63,985 nucleotides of DNA, filler included, from Octopus bimaculoides (GCF_001194135.2; 5 parts of 5 records of this genome joined end to end with filler, not necessarily neighbours in it); one strand, 5' to 3'. Positions 49,042-62,354 are shown, counted from the first letter of the whole stretch. The notes: generated by a model not told the origin, from the sequence alone. Program-made: numbers and translations.

Positions 49042-49378
49042 CGTGGCTGTTTGGTAAGAAATTTGCTTTCCAATCACATAGTTCCAGGTTCAGTCCCGCT
49101 GCAAGGCAACTTAGGCAAGTGTCTTCTATTATAGCCCTGGACTGATCAAAGCCTTGTGAGTAGATTTGGTAAATAGAAACTGAAAGACGCCTGTTGTATA
49201 TGTGTGTATGTGTCTTTGTGTAGGTGCTTACATCCTCGTGACTTAACAGTTCAGCAAAAAAAAAAAACCTGACAGAATAAGTGCCAGGCTTTAAAAAGCA
49301 AAAAAAACTACTGGGGACGTTTTGTTTGACTGACATTCTTCAAGGCGGTGCCCAAGTATATCCACAGTCTAATGACTG
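49042..49378 (+). mobile_element. SINE family B
   Basis: Colinear, diverged. Confidence 0.75.
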
Positions 49379-49468
49379 TCACGGTCATTCTTACAGATAT
49401 AAAAGACACAGGGGGAGCATAACAAAAACTTGATTTATTAAGCAAGTAACAAGCAAAGTAAAACCTCA

Positions 49469-49622
49469 GGTACAGGTGTGGTAAGGAGCTTGCTTCCCAA
49501 CCACATGGCTCTGAGTTCAGTCCCGCTGTATGGCACCTTGAGCAAATGTCTTTTACTATAAGCTTGGGCCAACCAAGGCCCTGTGAGTGGATTTGGTAGA
49601 CGGAAACTGAATGAAGCCCATC

Positions 49623-49656
<34 letters not shown>

Positions 49657-49847
49657 CCATTGCTTGACAACCGATGCAGGTGTGTTTACATCCCTGTAAC
49701 TTAGTGGTTCAGCAAAAGCAATTGATAGAATAAGTACTAAGCTTACAAAGAATAAGTCCTGAGGTTGATTTCTTCAAATACAAACTCTTTAAGGTGGTAC
49801 TCCAGCATGGCCACAGTCAAATGACTGAAACAAGTGAAAGAATAAAA
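49469..49847 (+). mobile_element. SINE family B
   Basis: Colinear with 46050-46493. Confidence 0.85.
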
Positions 49848-50748
49848 TGTTTCCTCCAGGAAAAAATGAATGAAACACAATAGAAAAATAACACAAATTT
49901 CCACACAAAAAACAATAAACAGCAGATGTGAATACCAGGATATATGACCTATATATATTTATGTATATAGAGGTATGTAAATTAATTACATAGTCTATTG
50001 TTTTATACTCCCTGACCTAACATTACATCGTCACATGTACCACTACACCATATCTAAACAACTCCAGCCCTTACGATAAGTTGAGATTATGAACGATATC
50101 AGCACTTTAGTAAGCAAACTTGACAATGTTGATAACATCTATGAAAGATACTCAAAATGAGATAAGATAATCGTAGTGCAACTTTTTAAATGATTTCCTC
50201 TCTTTTACTTGTTTCACTCATTGGACTGTGGCCATGCTGGGGGCACTGCCTTGAACAAATCGACCCCCCCCCTAACATCCCAAGTTGCCACAAAGACCCT
50301 CATGTGGCCTAATTCCACATTAAGACTAAATACACGCAGACCATCACACTATGTATATATATTACTACACAACACAGGTATACTGTGAGATCTACATGAT
50401 CCATTACACTGTAGGCAGGTGTTTCCATTAAGAGATTGAAAGCTGATACAGTGGACACTAGTGCTGTTGTTTTGTCTCAGGATAGCACTGACTGAAAGTT
50501 ATAGAGGTTGTTATCATTCTGCCTAAATCTTGGATACAGTGGACCCCAAACTATTTTATCTAATAGGTCCTTCTTTTACAAGATAGTAGAGTGTGATTTG
50601 AGGGAAACTGGACTCGTAATTCTATCAGGGCTAACAATCGCTTGGTCTTGTAAAGATCAATGTGCTTAGAAATTGCAAAATTATGTGATAATATACATAA
50701 ATACACATGTATACACACACACACATATATATATATGAAAAAATAAAA

Positions 50749-51359
50749 GGCACTGTCATGCTATTAGCTGTCAGAAGTGAAAGTGCTCACTGCTAGTGAA
50801 GTATCTGTCTGTCTGCCTGCATGCCTGTTGCTGGCCTGTCGATTCTTTGGCTACTGACAGCTAATACCATGACTGGCCGGAGCGAGCTATTGGCTTACTT
50901 ACTTACTGATATCTATCTATCAATCACTCGTCCACCTTATTAGAAAACACAAATTTAATATAAAAACATATTTCCTGAAATTGCAAATTATTTAAAATAT
51001 AAGAATATAATTTTCAACAGAGAGAATTTATCAAAATAGAAAACAAATGAAGTTTGAAGTTTAAAAATAATAGGATCGACCACTCACGACTAGCTAGCGC
51101 GGACGCGAGTACCCTTATACTCTGTGTTGTGTTTTCAAACGCATGGATATAGGTGTCAAATTTGTTCCAATAACTTTCGAGTAATAGATAGATAGAGAGA
51201 GACAGACAGACAGACATATAGCTCGCTCCGGCCAGTCATGGTATTAGCTGTCAGTAGCCAAAGAATCGACAAGCCAGCAACAGGCATGCAGGCAGACAGA
51301 CAGATACTTCACTAGCAGTGAGCACTTTCACTTCTGACAGCTAATAACATGATAGTGCC
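50749..51359. mobile_element. Non-autonomous DNA transposon with 142-bp TIRs, Merlin-like
   Basis: Arms 50749-50890 and 51218-51359 differ at about 3 positions; termini GGCAC; perfect 8-bp TSD aaataaaa (50741-48, 51360-67). Confidence 0.8.
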
Positions 51360-51422
51360 AAATAAAATGACAAAAGAGAACACAAAGGAATGAAGGATTA
51401 TATGAACTTCAGTAGCTTTCAC

Positions 51423-51493
51423 CTGTTTCTGCCATAAGATGCGGTGGATTGATAGTTGAGTGCCTCAGTAACACTTTATAACTTCATCAGAGC
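51423..51493 (-). other. Candidate 5' exon of the TJAP1-like gene, ending ATG GCA GAA ACA G
   Basis: Acceptor catgttttag|, donor CAG|gtgaaa. All three through-frames contain stops. The ATG at 51435 is phase 1 and in frame with the acceptor at 43614. Confidence 0.45.
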
Positions 51494-52325
51494 CTAAAAC
51501 ATGAAGTGCACATAATATATATATATATAACACTCCCTCACAGAGTGAAATTACAAATTACCCATTGTATTTAATGACGTATTTACAGAAATTCAGCGAT
51601 AACTATTGGTCTTCCCATCCTTAATAACAAACAAAAACGCGTGCACGAGCGTGTGTGAGTGAATTATTTTAAAGTTCAGCAAGTTTTTAAAAGGTTAAAA
51701 CTTCCCAAAGACAACTTTAAACAAAGATTTCGACAAATCTTGGGATTTTATGAGAAAAGGTTCACCATGTTATTTACGGTAAATCTTTATCACCTCACTC
51801 ACACTTTTCAAAAAAAAAAAAAACACGATTTTGTTTTGATTTTCTTTTTGTTCTATCTTAATAAGCGTGCTAATTTGTTTATATCATCATAAAAATGTCA
51901 AATACCAGCTGTTGAATGCATACCAAGCTGATTTTTCACTTTGACTAAGCTAGATAAAATTTACTTCGATGCGTGATTGCATGTGCAGGCACAAGCATGA
52001 AGATGCACACAAACTTGGTTATTTCAACGTATGTATGGAGAGACATTGAAACATTTGCTGTGACAGTTTGAATTTAAACAGATATATACAAACCACGTTA
52101 AAGCCGGCGAAATCAACTGTCAAATACATGTGTTCATAGATAATTCAAGAGATAAATAATCAAATGTCATATTCAAAGACAATAAACATAATAAACAAGA
52201 ACACATCCATATCTATGTATAAATATAAACACATATGAGGCTTCAATGAAAGTTTGAAACATTAAACTCGCTTGGGGAAACAATTGATATCGGTATTATT
52301 ACGAAGGATGAGAAGGGGTGTGCAC

Positions 52326-52359
<34 letters not shown>

Positions 52360-52939
52360 GTTCACTCACTAATAGCTTCTTTTTAAAATTGTCATCCGAT
52401 TCGCGTGTTAAAATATTTTTAACTATCTTAATCATGAAACTCAGAGTTACAATTCAATAAGGTTCTAAATAAACCAGCCACACACTTATTTTACATATTT
52501 ATACCATTTTGTTTTGAATTTGTAAATAAAAACGTTCGTCAATCCATAAAGCTTTAATAAATTCTATATTGACAACATTATATAACTGATGTTTGAAAAT
52601 ATGCATTAATACCCTAAAAGTAAACACAGGGCCAATAAATTTAACACAAAGAATTTTATACGTTTCACAATCACTTAAAAACTAATTATTTAGACCATTT
52701 GTAATTAAAATAACATCTGTAACGTGTTTAGTATGCTTTCAGGTAATCTGAGTTAAAAGAAAGGCTGATATCAACAAGAATACGTCAAAAGATAGATCAA
52801 TGGTTGGGAAAAGAAAGTAGAGATGTTATATTGAAAAGAAAGTAGAGATGTTATTTAAAAGAAAGATGATACAAAACGTAGAATGTAATAAGTGAGTTAA
52901 AAATAAATGAATGTAATGAGTGAGTGCTATGACTGGTAC

Positions 52940-53050
52940 CTTTGTTGTGATAGTTCCACGTCTACTGCCGTCGTTACGTGTCACAGGAGAAGAAACACTG
53001 ACGACGTCCATTTTCAAAACAAATATCACCACATTTCCGGTTCCGGTTAT
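52940..53050 (-). other. Candidate first exon of the TJAP1-like gene with ATG (MDVVSVSSPVTRNDGSRRGTITTK)
   Basis: tgaaaATGG context at 53011, 24 codons to donor AAG|gtacca, in a CpG-rich segment. The 5' end is approximate. Confidence 0.45.
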
Positions 53051-53125
53051 TCATCACCACGTTTCTATCCCGTTCGCATTGATCGCCCTTAACAACCGAA
53101 CAGCTTGTTTCTTCAGTCTGACGTA
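52950..53125. promoter_or_regulatory. CpG-rich putative (possibly bidirectional) promoter with tandem TTCCGG / CCGGAA ETS-like motifs
   Basis: atttccggttccggtt at about 53034-53049, local CpG enrichment, and candidate first-exon donors on both strands. Confidence 0.4.
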
Positions 53126-53239
53126 TTTAAGCATTATACACACATATAAATATATACACGCTCACACACACATATATCTAAAAGGGAATAGAAGTTGATT
53201 GTGAGTAAATACATGTGACTTTATGTATATATGTTACAA

Positions 53240-53616
53240 GTATTTGCTCACAATTAACTTTTATTCCGTTTTACAAATGTTCAATGTGGCCACCACCTGT
53301 AGCATGGGCAGCATCAATGCGACAAGAGAATTCCTCCCAGACGTGTATCAGCATATCAAAAGCAAATTCATTATGGAACTAAAGAATAAAATTGCTTTGC
53401 TTGAGGCGATTCCAGAAGATATTGACTCAGAAGAGAAATGGAAAAACTTCGATAAAGCATTCAACCAGACAGCCAAAGAAGTATTCAGTGGACCGTGATA
53501 TGCTGATACGCGTCTAGGAGGAATTCTCTTATCGCATTGATGTTGTCCGTGCTGCAGGTGGTGGCCACATTGAACACTTGTAAGACAGGAAATAAAAGTT
53601 TGATTATGAGTAAACA
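53240..53616. mobile_element. Foldback element with ~120-bp arms enclosing an RTE-linker-like fragment
   Basis: Arms 53240-53358 and 53496-53616 are imperfect inverted repeats; the spacer encodes KFIMELKNKIALL...EEKWKNFDKAFNQTAKEVF. Confidence 0.7.
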
Positions 53617-54764
53617 AGCCGGAGTTTTCTGTTGCTTTTTCGGTCAAACTCCAGTGTTTGACCCGAGCAAAAAAAAAAAAAGAGTATAGTGCAATAGGTG
53701 TAAAACAACATGTAAACNNNNNNNNNNNNNNNNNNNNNNNNNNNNNNNNNNNNNNNNNNNNTTAATTAATTAANNNNNNNNNNNNNNNNNNNNNNNNNNN
53801 NNNNNNNNNNNNNNNNNATTGTTTAATATTCCTCTGTATATATTTTGGTAGAAATTCAAGGCTAGTAATTAACACTGATGGTATAAATAGAGGGAAAACT
53901 TACTAGTGCAAGATCCTATTACGTGATCGCATATAATACAAACTGATAATGAAGAAAATTGCAGTTGAATAGCTTCTCTATAATGATAGATTTGATGACG
54001 CAGAAGAAATACAAGATATTTCATGAAAAAAATGATTTCTTCTTCAGAAATTTTTGCCAATATTCCAATTTTTTTGTTTGGTTTTTGCTGAATCTTTACA
54101 ATTTTACAAATAACTGTGAATTTTTTTTTTTTTTTTTTTCCAGCTCAAAGTAAAAGGCACTGCAACCTAAATTATGGAATGAAATACTAAAATTTTGCTC
54201 ATTCCATGACTATTGGCATGATCAATCACAGACATTTATACCCTTTTCTGAAGATTCATGATTCTTCAATAGACAGATACAGCAGTGGTTTACCATTACC
54301 GTCTGTCAGTCTATTTAAATATTTACATTTTTTCTGTAAGTCTTCTCTTCTGATAATAACTCTTACACATAGGACTAATTCCACCCTTAGGCAAGAAAAC
54401 AGTTTACATGACATTAGGACATGCCTACTCTCCAATGGCCCTCTGTGCCACATGTCTTGGAGCCATCAATTCTCTGAGTTTTGTATCCCATAACCACAGG
54501 ACCATCAGCTCTTTAATTCATAACTGGAATCCTTGACATGTACTACCACCACAGATTAGGGAACACTTCGCAGCTATGGTGATTAACTCTAAAATTACCC
54601 AAACTCCTGGACGCCTGAAGTCTTGAAATGCAGCTTCACTTCTGGATGCTGTTTAATGGCTTGCCCAAGACTAATGATTAATACCTGAATGATTTTACAT
54701 TAAAGAACTTTATTCCTCAGTTATAAAAATAAAAGCACCTTACATAAGTAAAGGTCTTAAATAT

Positions 54765-54975
54765 TTAATTCTTTATTGCCCACAGGGGGCTAAACATAGA
54801 GGGGACAAACAAAGGAGTTAAGTCGATTACACTGACTCCAGTGCATAACTGGTACTTATTTAATCGACCCCGAAAGGATGAAAGGCAAAGTCAACCTCGG
54901 CAGAGTTTGCACTCAGAACGTAACGGCAGACGAAATACCGCTAAGCATTTCGCCCGGCGTGCTAACGATTCTGCC
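54765..54975 (-). mobile_element. SINE family A
   Basis: 13-bp TSD aggtcttaaatat (54752-64, 54976-88). Confidence 0.9.
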
Positions 54976-56369
54976 AGGTCTTAAATATGAAGTGACTCTG
55001 AACATGGGGCAATAATGTCAAAGCAAAACATTCTTTAATAGACATTTCCCCTTAACACTTTGGGGCTTACAGTAACTAAACAGAAACATTTCAGAGGTTT
55101 GTTACAAAAGAAAAGGAAAAATAATGACCAGGTTATTGAATTAAATAAAGCATATTTAAGGATAATAAAACTAGAGATAATATTTGACTTTATAAAGTAG
55201 AACATGGATAATGTTTCATTGTTGTATATGGAAACAGAAAAACCAGATTGGAAGTTCATGTTCCAAATATAAAAATCTGTTTAATTAATCAATATTAATA
55301 TTGTTTGGCATTATGAGTTGGCAGAAATGATTGATTGTTAGATTAAATTCAACTTGGAGTATTATATATTTTGATAATTCAATGATGACCACATTGTTGG
55401 CAGTAGCTGTGTCTTGAGACAACAATTATTACATAAGCTAATAAAGGAGTTCCAATGTGGTATTTTGACCTGCTAGAAAAAGCAGTTACGTTGCCTCACA
55501 CTCCACCCTTAAAAGTGGAAGAACACAATTTTATGATATAATACAATGTGGTAAAATAGAGCTAAATTTAAAAGCTTGTTTTTGATCAGTCACTAAATGA
55601 CAAACACATCCTGAATGTGAATAAAAATGGCTGCCAAGTGCAATTCATGTGGAGTAACTTTACATTAAAGAGTGACACACACAATTCCTTGTAATTCAGA
55701 CTACCTCATGGTCCCAGAAGACAAAATGAAATCGGTGTTGCCCCAGAGGATGGTGAGGAAGATGTACTGGATCAGCCACTCTCACATTTGTGGATAGGAT
55801 GATTATCCCAGATTTGGATGATTATCCTAGATGCATTGTCTGAAAGTATGATAGGACAATCATAGCAAGAATGGTTTGATTTGGGATTTACTCAGTCAAG
55901 TTTGATAAATGGTTAAACAACAAGAATTATCAATGAGTAACTAAGATAAGAATAGTTAGTGATGGTCACAACTGGCTACAGCTATACTGAAAGTAAAACT
56001 GAAACATTGTATTGTTGTTATTGTTGCTTAGCTCCAAATTGGGTCTCATCAGAAATATTCCAACTGGAACCATAGCAAATTTTTAAAGCCATTAATTAAT
56101 CTATCTTGGACTACATTTTACACAATAACATTCTCTACATTTTTTAACATGTTAGCTGTGATCTGAGGGAGATTTGGCTGCTGTTTCTATAGAGTCACTC
56201 TGTAAAATTGTTCATGAACAATTAGTAAAGAAATAGATATGAGGTATCCATATGGCAGGTGAATATTCTACTGTAGAACAATCTGGCGCATGTATCATAC
56301 TGCATTTTTGCTATGCTAGGAGAGGAAGTAAGAATTATCCTTTTGATTATGTGAACATCGATTGAAAAT

Positions 56370-56578
56370 AATTGTTCGAAAACAATTATTCAAAAACAAT
56401 TATTCAAAAAACATTTATTCGAATGGAAAGTTGTATGAATGAAAATTATTCAGAAGGACAATTATACAAAATGTTAATCATTCTAAATTTTTTATTTTAT
56501 TTAAAATTAAAAATCAAGTACGAAATAAATGATATTTATTTCGAATAATTGTTTATGAACAATTGTTTTCGAACAAAT
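56370..56578. repeat. Inverted-repeat element built from ~15-bp aaacaattattcgaa units
   Basis: aattgttcgaaaacaatt at the left end and its reverse complement at the right end; tandem units in both orientations. Confidence 0.55.
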
Positions 56579-56766
56579 TTATGATACAAAATTTTTTTCT
56601 GTCATATACATGAAAAAATCAGTGATACTGTACAAAAAAATGTATCTGGAAGTTAAAGCAGAATCTCTGCTTTACATGTTTAAATACATTATTATCATTC
56701 TTTTCTGTGTTCCTTAGTTTTTTATTTCTCATACTAATTGTTAACTCTGAGTTTAGTGACAACACT

Positions 56767-57192
56767 TACTCTTTTACTCTTTTACTTGTTTCAGTCATTT
56801 GACTGTGGCCATGCTGGAGCACTACCTTTAGGCAAGCAAATCAACCTCAGGACTTACTCTTTGTAAGCATAGTATTTATTCTATCGGTCTCTTTTGCCGA
56901 ACCGCTAAGTTACGGGGATGAAAACATACCAGCATCAGTTGTCAAGTGATGGCGGGGGGGACAAGCACAGACACACAAATATATACACACACATGCATAC
57001 ATACATTCACGCATACATATATATATATATACGATGGGCTTCTTTCTGTGTCCATCTACCAAATCCACTCATAAGGCTTTGGTTGGCCCGAGGCTATAGT
57101 AGAAGATACTTCCCAAAAGTGCCATGCAGTGGGACTGAAACCAGAACCATGTGGTTGGGGAACAAGCTGCTTACCACACAGCCACTCCTGCC
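56767..57192 (-). mobile_element. SINE family B, full length
   Basis: Reverse-complement copy with internal (TA)n. Confidence 0.85.
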
Positions 57193-57808
57193 TGTACATG
57201 GTTTATGGCTCTCACAAGCCAATATCCTTACCTTCGTCAGTGACCACCTAATCAAGTGACCTGCTTGAGGCCCTCTCCAGGGCAATGAATACTAAGTACA
57301 ATGGTTTTATTCTTAGCTATGTTATTCCTCCTGCATTTGCCTCACCAGGAAGAGGGCATCAGAAGTATTTTTTCTTAGCACAAAACCAAGCTGCATTATC
57401 TCATTTGTCTGATGCATTTTCTAATTAAACAACCTATAGCGCTTTCCATAATTTCATAATCGCACACACATACTCAAAAACACGTGCACAAACACACATA
57501 CACATGTATGCATGTATGTATGAATGTGTATGTTTTTGTGTGTGTGTATGTGGGTGTATGTGACCGTGTATTCTTTTACATATGCCATCACTTGAACAAA
57601 AGTGTAGCATATGACGCTGTCAGTTTCTCCTGTCAAGAAATCATCTGGGCAATCTGTACCTTCAAAGATGTGTGGAATAAATGATCTCTTACTTAAAAAA
57701 AAAGGCAAGAATCAGCATCACAAAAGGCATCTATGTGAAAAACAATATATTCGATAATACATTCTCCCAACCCATGCAGGCATGGACAAGCTGACATAAA
57801 ATGAATGA

Positions 57809-57871
<63 letters not shown>

Positions 57872-59414
57872 GATAGCTGGATAGATAGATAGATAGAGAT
57901 ACATATATATATATATAGACCAGGCTTAATTTAGTTTCCACCAACCAAATTCACTCACAAGGCATTGGTAAGCTTGGGGTTATTGTCAAAGACATTTGCC
58001 CAAGTTGCCAAGCAGTGGAACTGAACTGATGTGCGTATGTGTGTATGTGCGTGTGTGTGTGTGTGTGTGCCTGTGGTGCATGTGTGTATGCTTGCAAGCA
58101 TGTGTGTATGAGTGCATGTATATAGGTATATATGTATATAGGTAGGTAGGTAGGTACCCCCTCACACACTCATTCATACAGACCTCATTAGCATACAGAG
58201 GTTAGTAGTATTTTACTAAAAGGAGTTATTTATCTTTATTTTAGTATTAACATTTATATTAAGGAAAATGTCATGCCACTTATTTTCGGAACACTAGCAA
58301 TCAATATGCCAACTTACAGATTTGTAAGGAAGCATCACCATTATCTCGTACTTTTAGGACGTAGCTGTTATTTTTGTTTAAAAATAAATACATTTTGTTA
58401 CTTTGATGTTGAAAATGACAATCTACAAACATAAAGCATTCTTCGTCTTCAAAAGAACTATTTAATCAATGTAACATTTTCCTGTCCAATGGACACCTTT
58501 TGGCATCGATTTGTCAGAAAATATTTTGGATTATCTGATCTCATAAATTCATCATTTTGTAGATAAAAGCTAAGAAAATAAAAATACCATAAATGCAATA
58601 TCTAGTTTCATCTGTTGCTAGATTAACAATGTTCCTTGATGCTGCTTGAGCTATTCTCATCTTTGGTAATTGTTCAACCAATAGGAAACACTTCAGTTAA
58701 TTCCTCGCAGAAAGAAGAACGTTATTCTTTCATTATTGAATCACTAATTTCTATCTACACAAATTTCCTTTAAAACATAATCTTCAAAAGCTTCACAGAA
58801 CCTTTGAATGGAGGAGACAAAATAGGGATTTGACTATTAGCAGTCAGTCTTTCTATATTGCAGTTACTCTTCATGCTCAGTAAACTCCAGTAGAATATCA
58901 AAACACTCATGCATAATATGTGTCTTTTGTTAATATTTTAGTTCAACTAAAAATTATGCTTATTTATATAACATTATCAACCAAACTTGTTTTATTCGTA
59001 ACAAAATAAAGGCGAACCTTACCTGAGTTTGCTTTGATTATAGACGTAAATTAACTACAGCAACTTCAAGCATCTTTTACAGTTTTGCTAAAATGAATTC
59101 ATAAGAAATTATACTTGCCAAGTAGAATGAGATATTCCCGGCCATTTTTATCCTTTATCAATAAACTACTGAGTGTATTAATGACTTAATCCTGTGTCAA
59201 TGATTTCTATAGTTTAGGCCTGGAACTGCTATAAATTTACTGCTCAGAACAATAAAGTCAACAATTCTATTATTTCTTTCCGTTTCATCAGTTGTTTTTT
59301 GGGTTTTTTTTATTAGTTTCAGTGATTGTTTTATGATTTTTGTAGAGCAAATTAAAACTGTTCCCATTGTTAGATTAACTAGAAGGTCTGTCGTGCACAG
59401 GCTTTGATTTCTTA

Positions 59415-59880
59415 ATGGATGGAGTTCGTCGTCATCGTCATCATTATCATCATCGTCATCATCATCATTACTGTCGTCATCATCATTATTGTCATCACCA
59501 TCATCATCACCGTTCTCATCGTCGTCATCATCATCATCAACATTGCCATCATCGTCATCATTGTCATCATCTTCATCACTGTCATCATCATCATCTTCAT
59601 CACTGTCATCATCATCATCATCATCACCATCATCATCAACATTGCCCTCATCATCATCTTTGTTGTCATCAGCATCATCACTATCATCATCATTGTCATC
59701 ATCATCATCACCGTTCTCATCATCATCATCATCATCATCAACATTGCCATCATCGTCATCATTGTTGTCATCAGCATCATCACTATCATCATAATTGCCA
59801 TCATCATCATCATCATCATCATCACTGTCATCATCATCATCATCGTCATCGTCATCATCATCATCATCACCATCAGCATC
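59415..59880. repeat. Compound (TCA)n-type trinucleotide array with a ~100-bp higher-order period
   Basis: aacattgcc recurs near 59539, 59639 and 59740; ccgttctcatc near 59511 and 59711. Confidence 0.85.
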
Positions 59881-60194
59881 AATGCTTTAATTATGATATT
59901 GTTGCTTAGATTCCCGTAAGCTTTGATTGAACAAACCATTAATCAAAGACATTCCATGATTTGACCATTGTCTCTGTTTGCATATTAGGGACAATGGTAT
60001 TGTCTCTAATACCATATCATAGCTATGACCTTTCTACCTATTCACATATTAAGGACTGTTACAATCCACTGTGTGCTTTCTTTTATATAAGCCGACAAAG
60101 TGTGATTTAAGGCATATTTCCCTACCAACTTTAGCAGCTAATCTAATCACTCAAAGAATCCATTATAAGTCTACTACTCAATGTGGATATTCTA

Positions 60195-60422
60195 TTGGGT
60201 TGGTGCATAATTATTGCAGGTTTTTTCAACAAATTTTATTCAACAAAAACATCTTTAAGTGATTATCTCAGAGCATATTCACCATCTACTTCAATTACTG
60301 CTTCCCATTTGCTTGGCAGATGATCAGACCATCATTTAAAGATGTGTTTGTTAAATATTGTTATTATTTTTGTTGAATAAAATTTGTTGAAAAAAAGCTG
60401 CAATAATTATGCACCAAACCAA
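60195..60422 (-). mobile_element. mariner-type MITE
   Basis: TA TSD on both sides; TIR ttgg(g/t)ttggtgcataattattgcag, similar to the Hsmar1 TIR; internal minus-strand HLPSKWEAVIEVDGEY matches a mariner transposase C-terminus. Confidence 0.9.
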
Positions 60423-60556
60423 TATGTTCCTATATGTGTGGGATAGGTTTCCAGTTCAGCATATTGCTACTCGTCTCAATATTTGTGACAAATCCCCAAT
60501 TTGTCCCAGTGTCCAGATGTCCGATCTCACCATTTTTCTTCAACTCATTCTCATGT

Positions 60557-60597
<41 letters not shown>

Positions 60598-60639
60598 GCA
60601 AACTGACCCTGTACCCTGTACCATGTATTATGATATATG

Positions 60640-61041
60640 ATGCCTTTCATTATCGAGTCTCATGTAGGCAAGACAAGTGACCGAGGCTTTTGATGATGTG
60701 CGGTGCTTGAGAAAACACATCAAGCAAAATGAAATCGTAGCTGTGGCACGTGAAAGGTGCCTGTGCTGATGACACGTAAAAGGCACCCAGTCCACTTTGT
60801 AAAATGGTTGGCATTAGGAAGGGCTTCTAGTCATAGAAACTATGCTAAAGCAGACCTTGCCTATGTTTGTGCCACATAAAAAGTACTCAGTCCACACTGT
60901 AAAGTGGTTGGCATTAGGAAGGGCATCCAGCTGTAGAAACGAAAACAAAACATACAATTGGAGTGTGGTGCAGCTCTTCAGCCTACACATTCCGGTTGAA
61001 CCATCTAACTCATGCTAATTGGAAAATGGAGGCTAAATGAT
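60640..61041 (+). mobile_element. Diverged RTE 3' end
   Basis: End-of-ORF remnant plus tggttggcattaggaagggcatccagctgtagaaac tail, with a local duplication. Confidence 0.7.
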
Positions 61042-61044
61042 AAT

Positions 61045-61720
61045 TGAGAGGAGGAAGAGGGGAGGAGAGGGATGACGATGATGATGAGGAGGAGAAGGTA
61101 AAGGAGGAGGAGGTGAAGGAGAAGGAAGAGGAGGAGGAGGAGGTGAAGGAGAAGGAANNNNNNNNNNNNNNNNNNNNNNNNNNNNNNNNNNNNNNNNNNN
61201 NNNNNNNNNNNNNNNNNNNNNNNNNNNNNNNNNNNNNNNNNNNNNNNNNNNNNNNNNNNNNNNNNNNNNNNNNNNNNNNNNNNNNNNNNNNNNNNNNNNA
61301 GGTGAAGGAGGAGGTGAAGGAGGAGGAGGAGGTGAAGGAGGTGAAGGAGGAGGTGAAGGAGAAGGAGGAGGTGAAGGAGGAGGAGGAGGTGAAGAAGGAG
61401 GAGGTGAAGGAGGAGGAGGAAGAGGAGAATGACCATTATTATGATGAGGAGAAGGAAGAGAAAGAGGAGGAGGATGATTACAATGATGATGATGAGGAAG
61501 AGAAGGAGGGTGGGGGAGGGTGATAATTATGATCATGATGAGGGGGAGAGGAGGAGGAAGGACAGGAGAATGATGACGACAATGATGATGATGATGTTGA
61601 GGAGGAGGATGACGACAACAGCAATGATGATTACGATGATGATGACAATGGTGATGATGACAATGATGACAGCGACGACGACACTGATGACAATGAGGAT
61701 GATGATGATGATGTTGATGC
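61045..61720. repeat. (GAG)n / GAGGTGAAG / (GAT)n simple-repeat array with a gap
   Basis: Direct inspection. Confidence 0.9.
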
Positions 61721-62354
61721 TTCCTCTGTCTTTACACATTCTGTGTCTACACAAATACAGTCCTCTAACTCTTATTCACATATTCTAATTTCTTTCCACG
61801 ACCTGCTGTCCTCTCAGTTTTCCCATTGTCATATCTTTTCCCACTGATTAATCTGGTGACCTCAAATGGAGTTCACCTCACACATCTGGAATGGCTCTGC
61901 TAAAGCACATTCGTATTCTACACCTCATTGAAAAATGGCCACATTCCAGCATCTAAGCCATTGTTATTATCAATCCAATACCAAACAGACTCTAACATTT
62001 ATATCTGGGGATTCATCTGAGCACTCTATTTCATTGATACTGAGACCCCTATCTGATCTGGTGGATATGAGGGAGTTTCTATGCAGTTGATCAACCCCAG
62101 TAGAAATGGCAGTCAAATATCCCACAGATTACATTCTATCATGTTGAAAATAAAAGACATATTAGATAATATAGTCTTGAATAACACTAAAAAAATGATG
62201 GAATAGTTGTGGCTGGAATATATCTCATTATAGATGTTCTTAATATTAACCTAGAGCGGAACAACAACAACAACAACAACAACAACAGCAACAAAAAAAG
62301 AACAACAAATCCAGTGCATATTTTCCACAAATGTTAGTATTTCCAATGATACAA

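Noticed and set aside
58400-58900. Possible decayed transposase on the minus strand
   Set aside because: Only short open stretches; no catalytic motif or TIR could be identified.
59412-59939. His-rich, Met-rich, Ile-rich and Ser-rich ORFs
   Set aside because: All are frames of one (TCA)n array, with no splice or homology support.
61005-61788. Poly-Glu, poly-Pro and poly-Met ORFs
   Set aside because: Simple (GAG)/(GAT) repeats spanning a gap.
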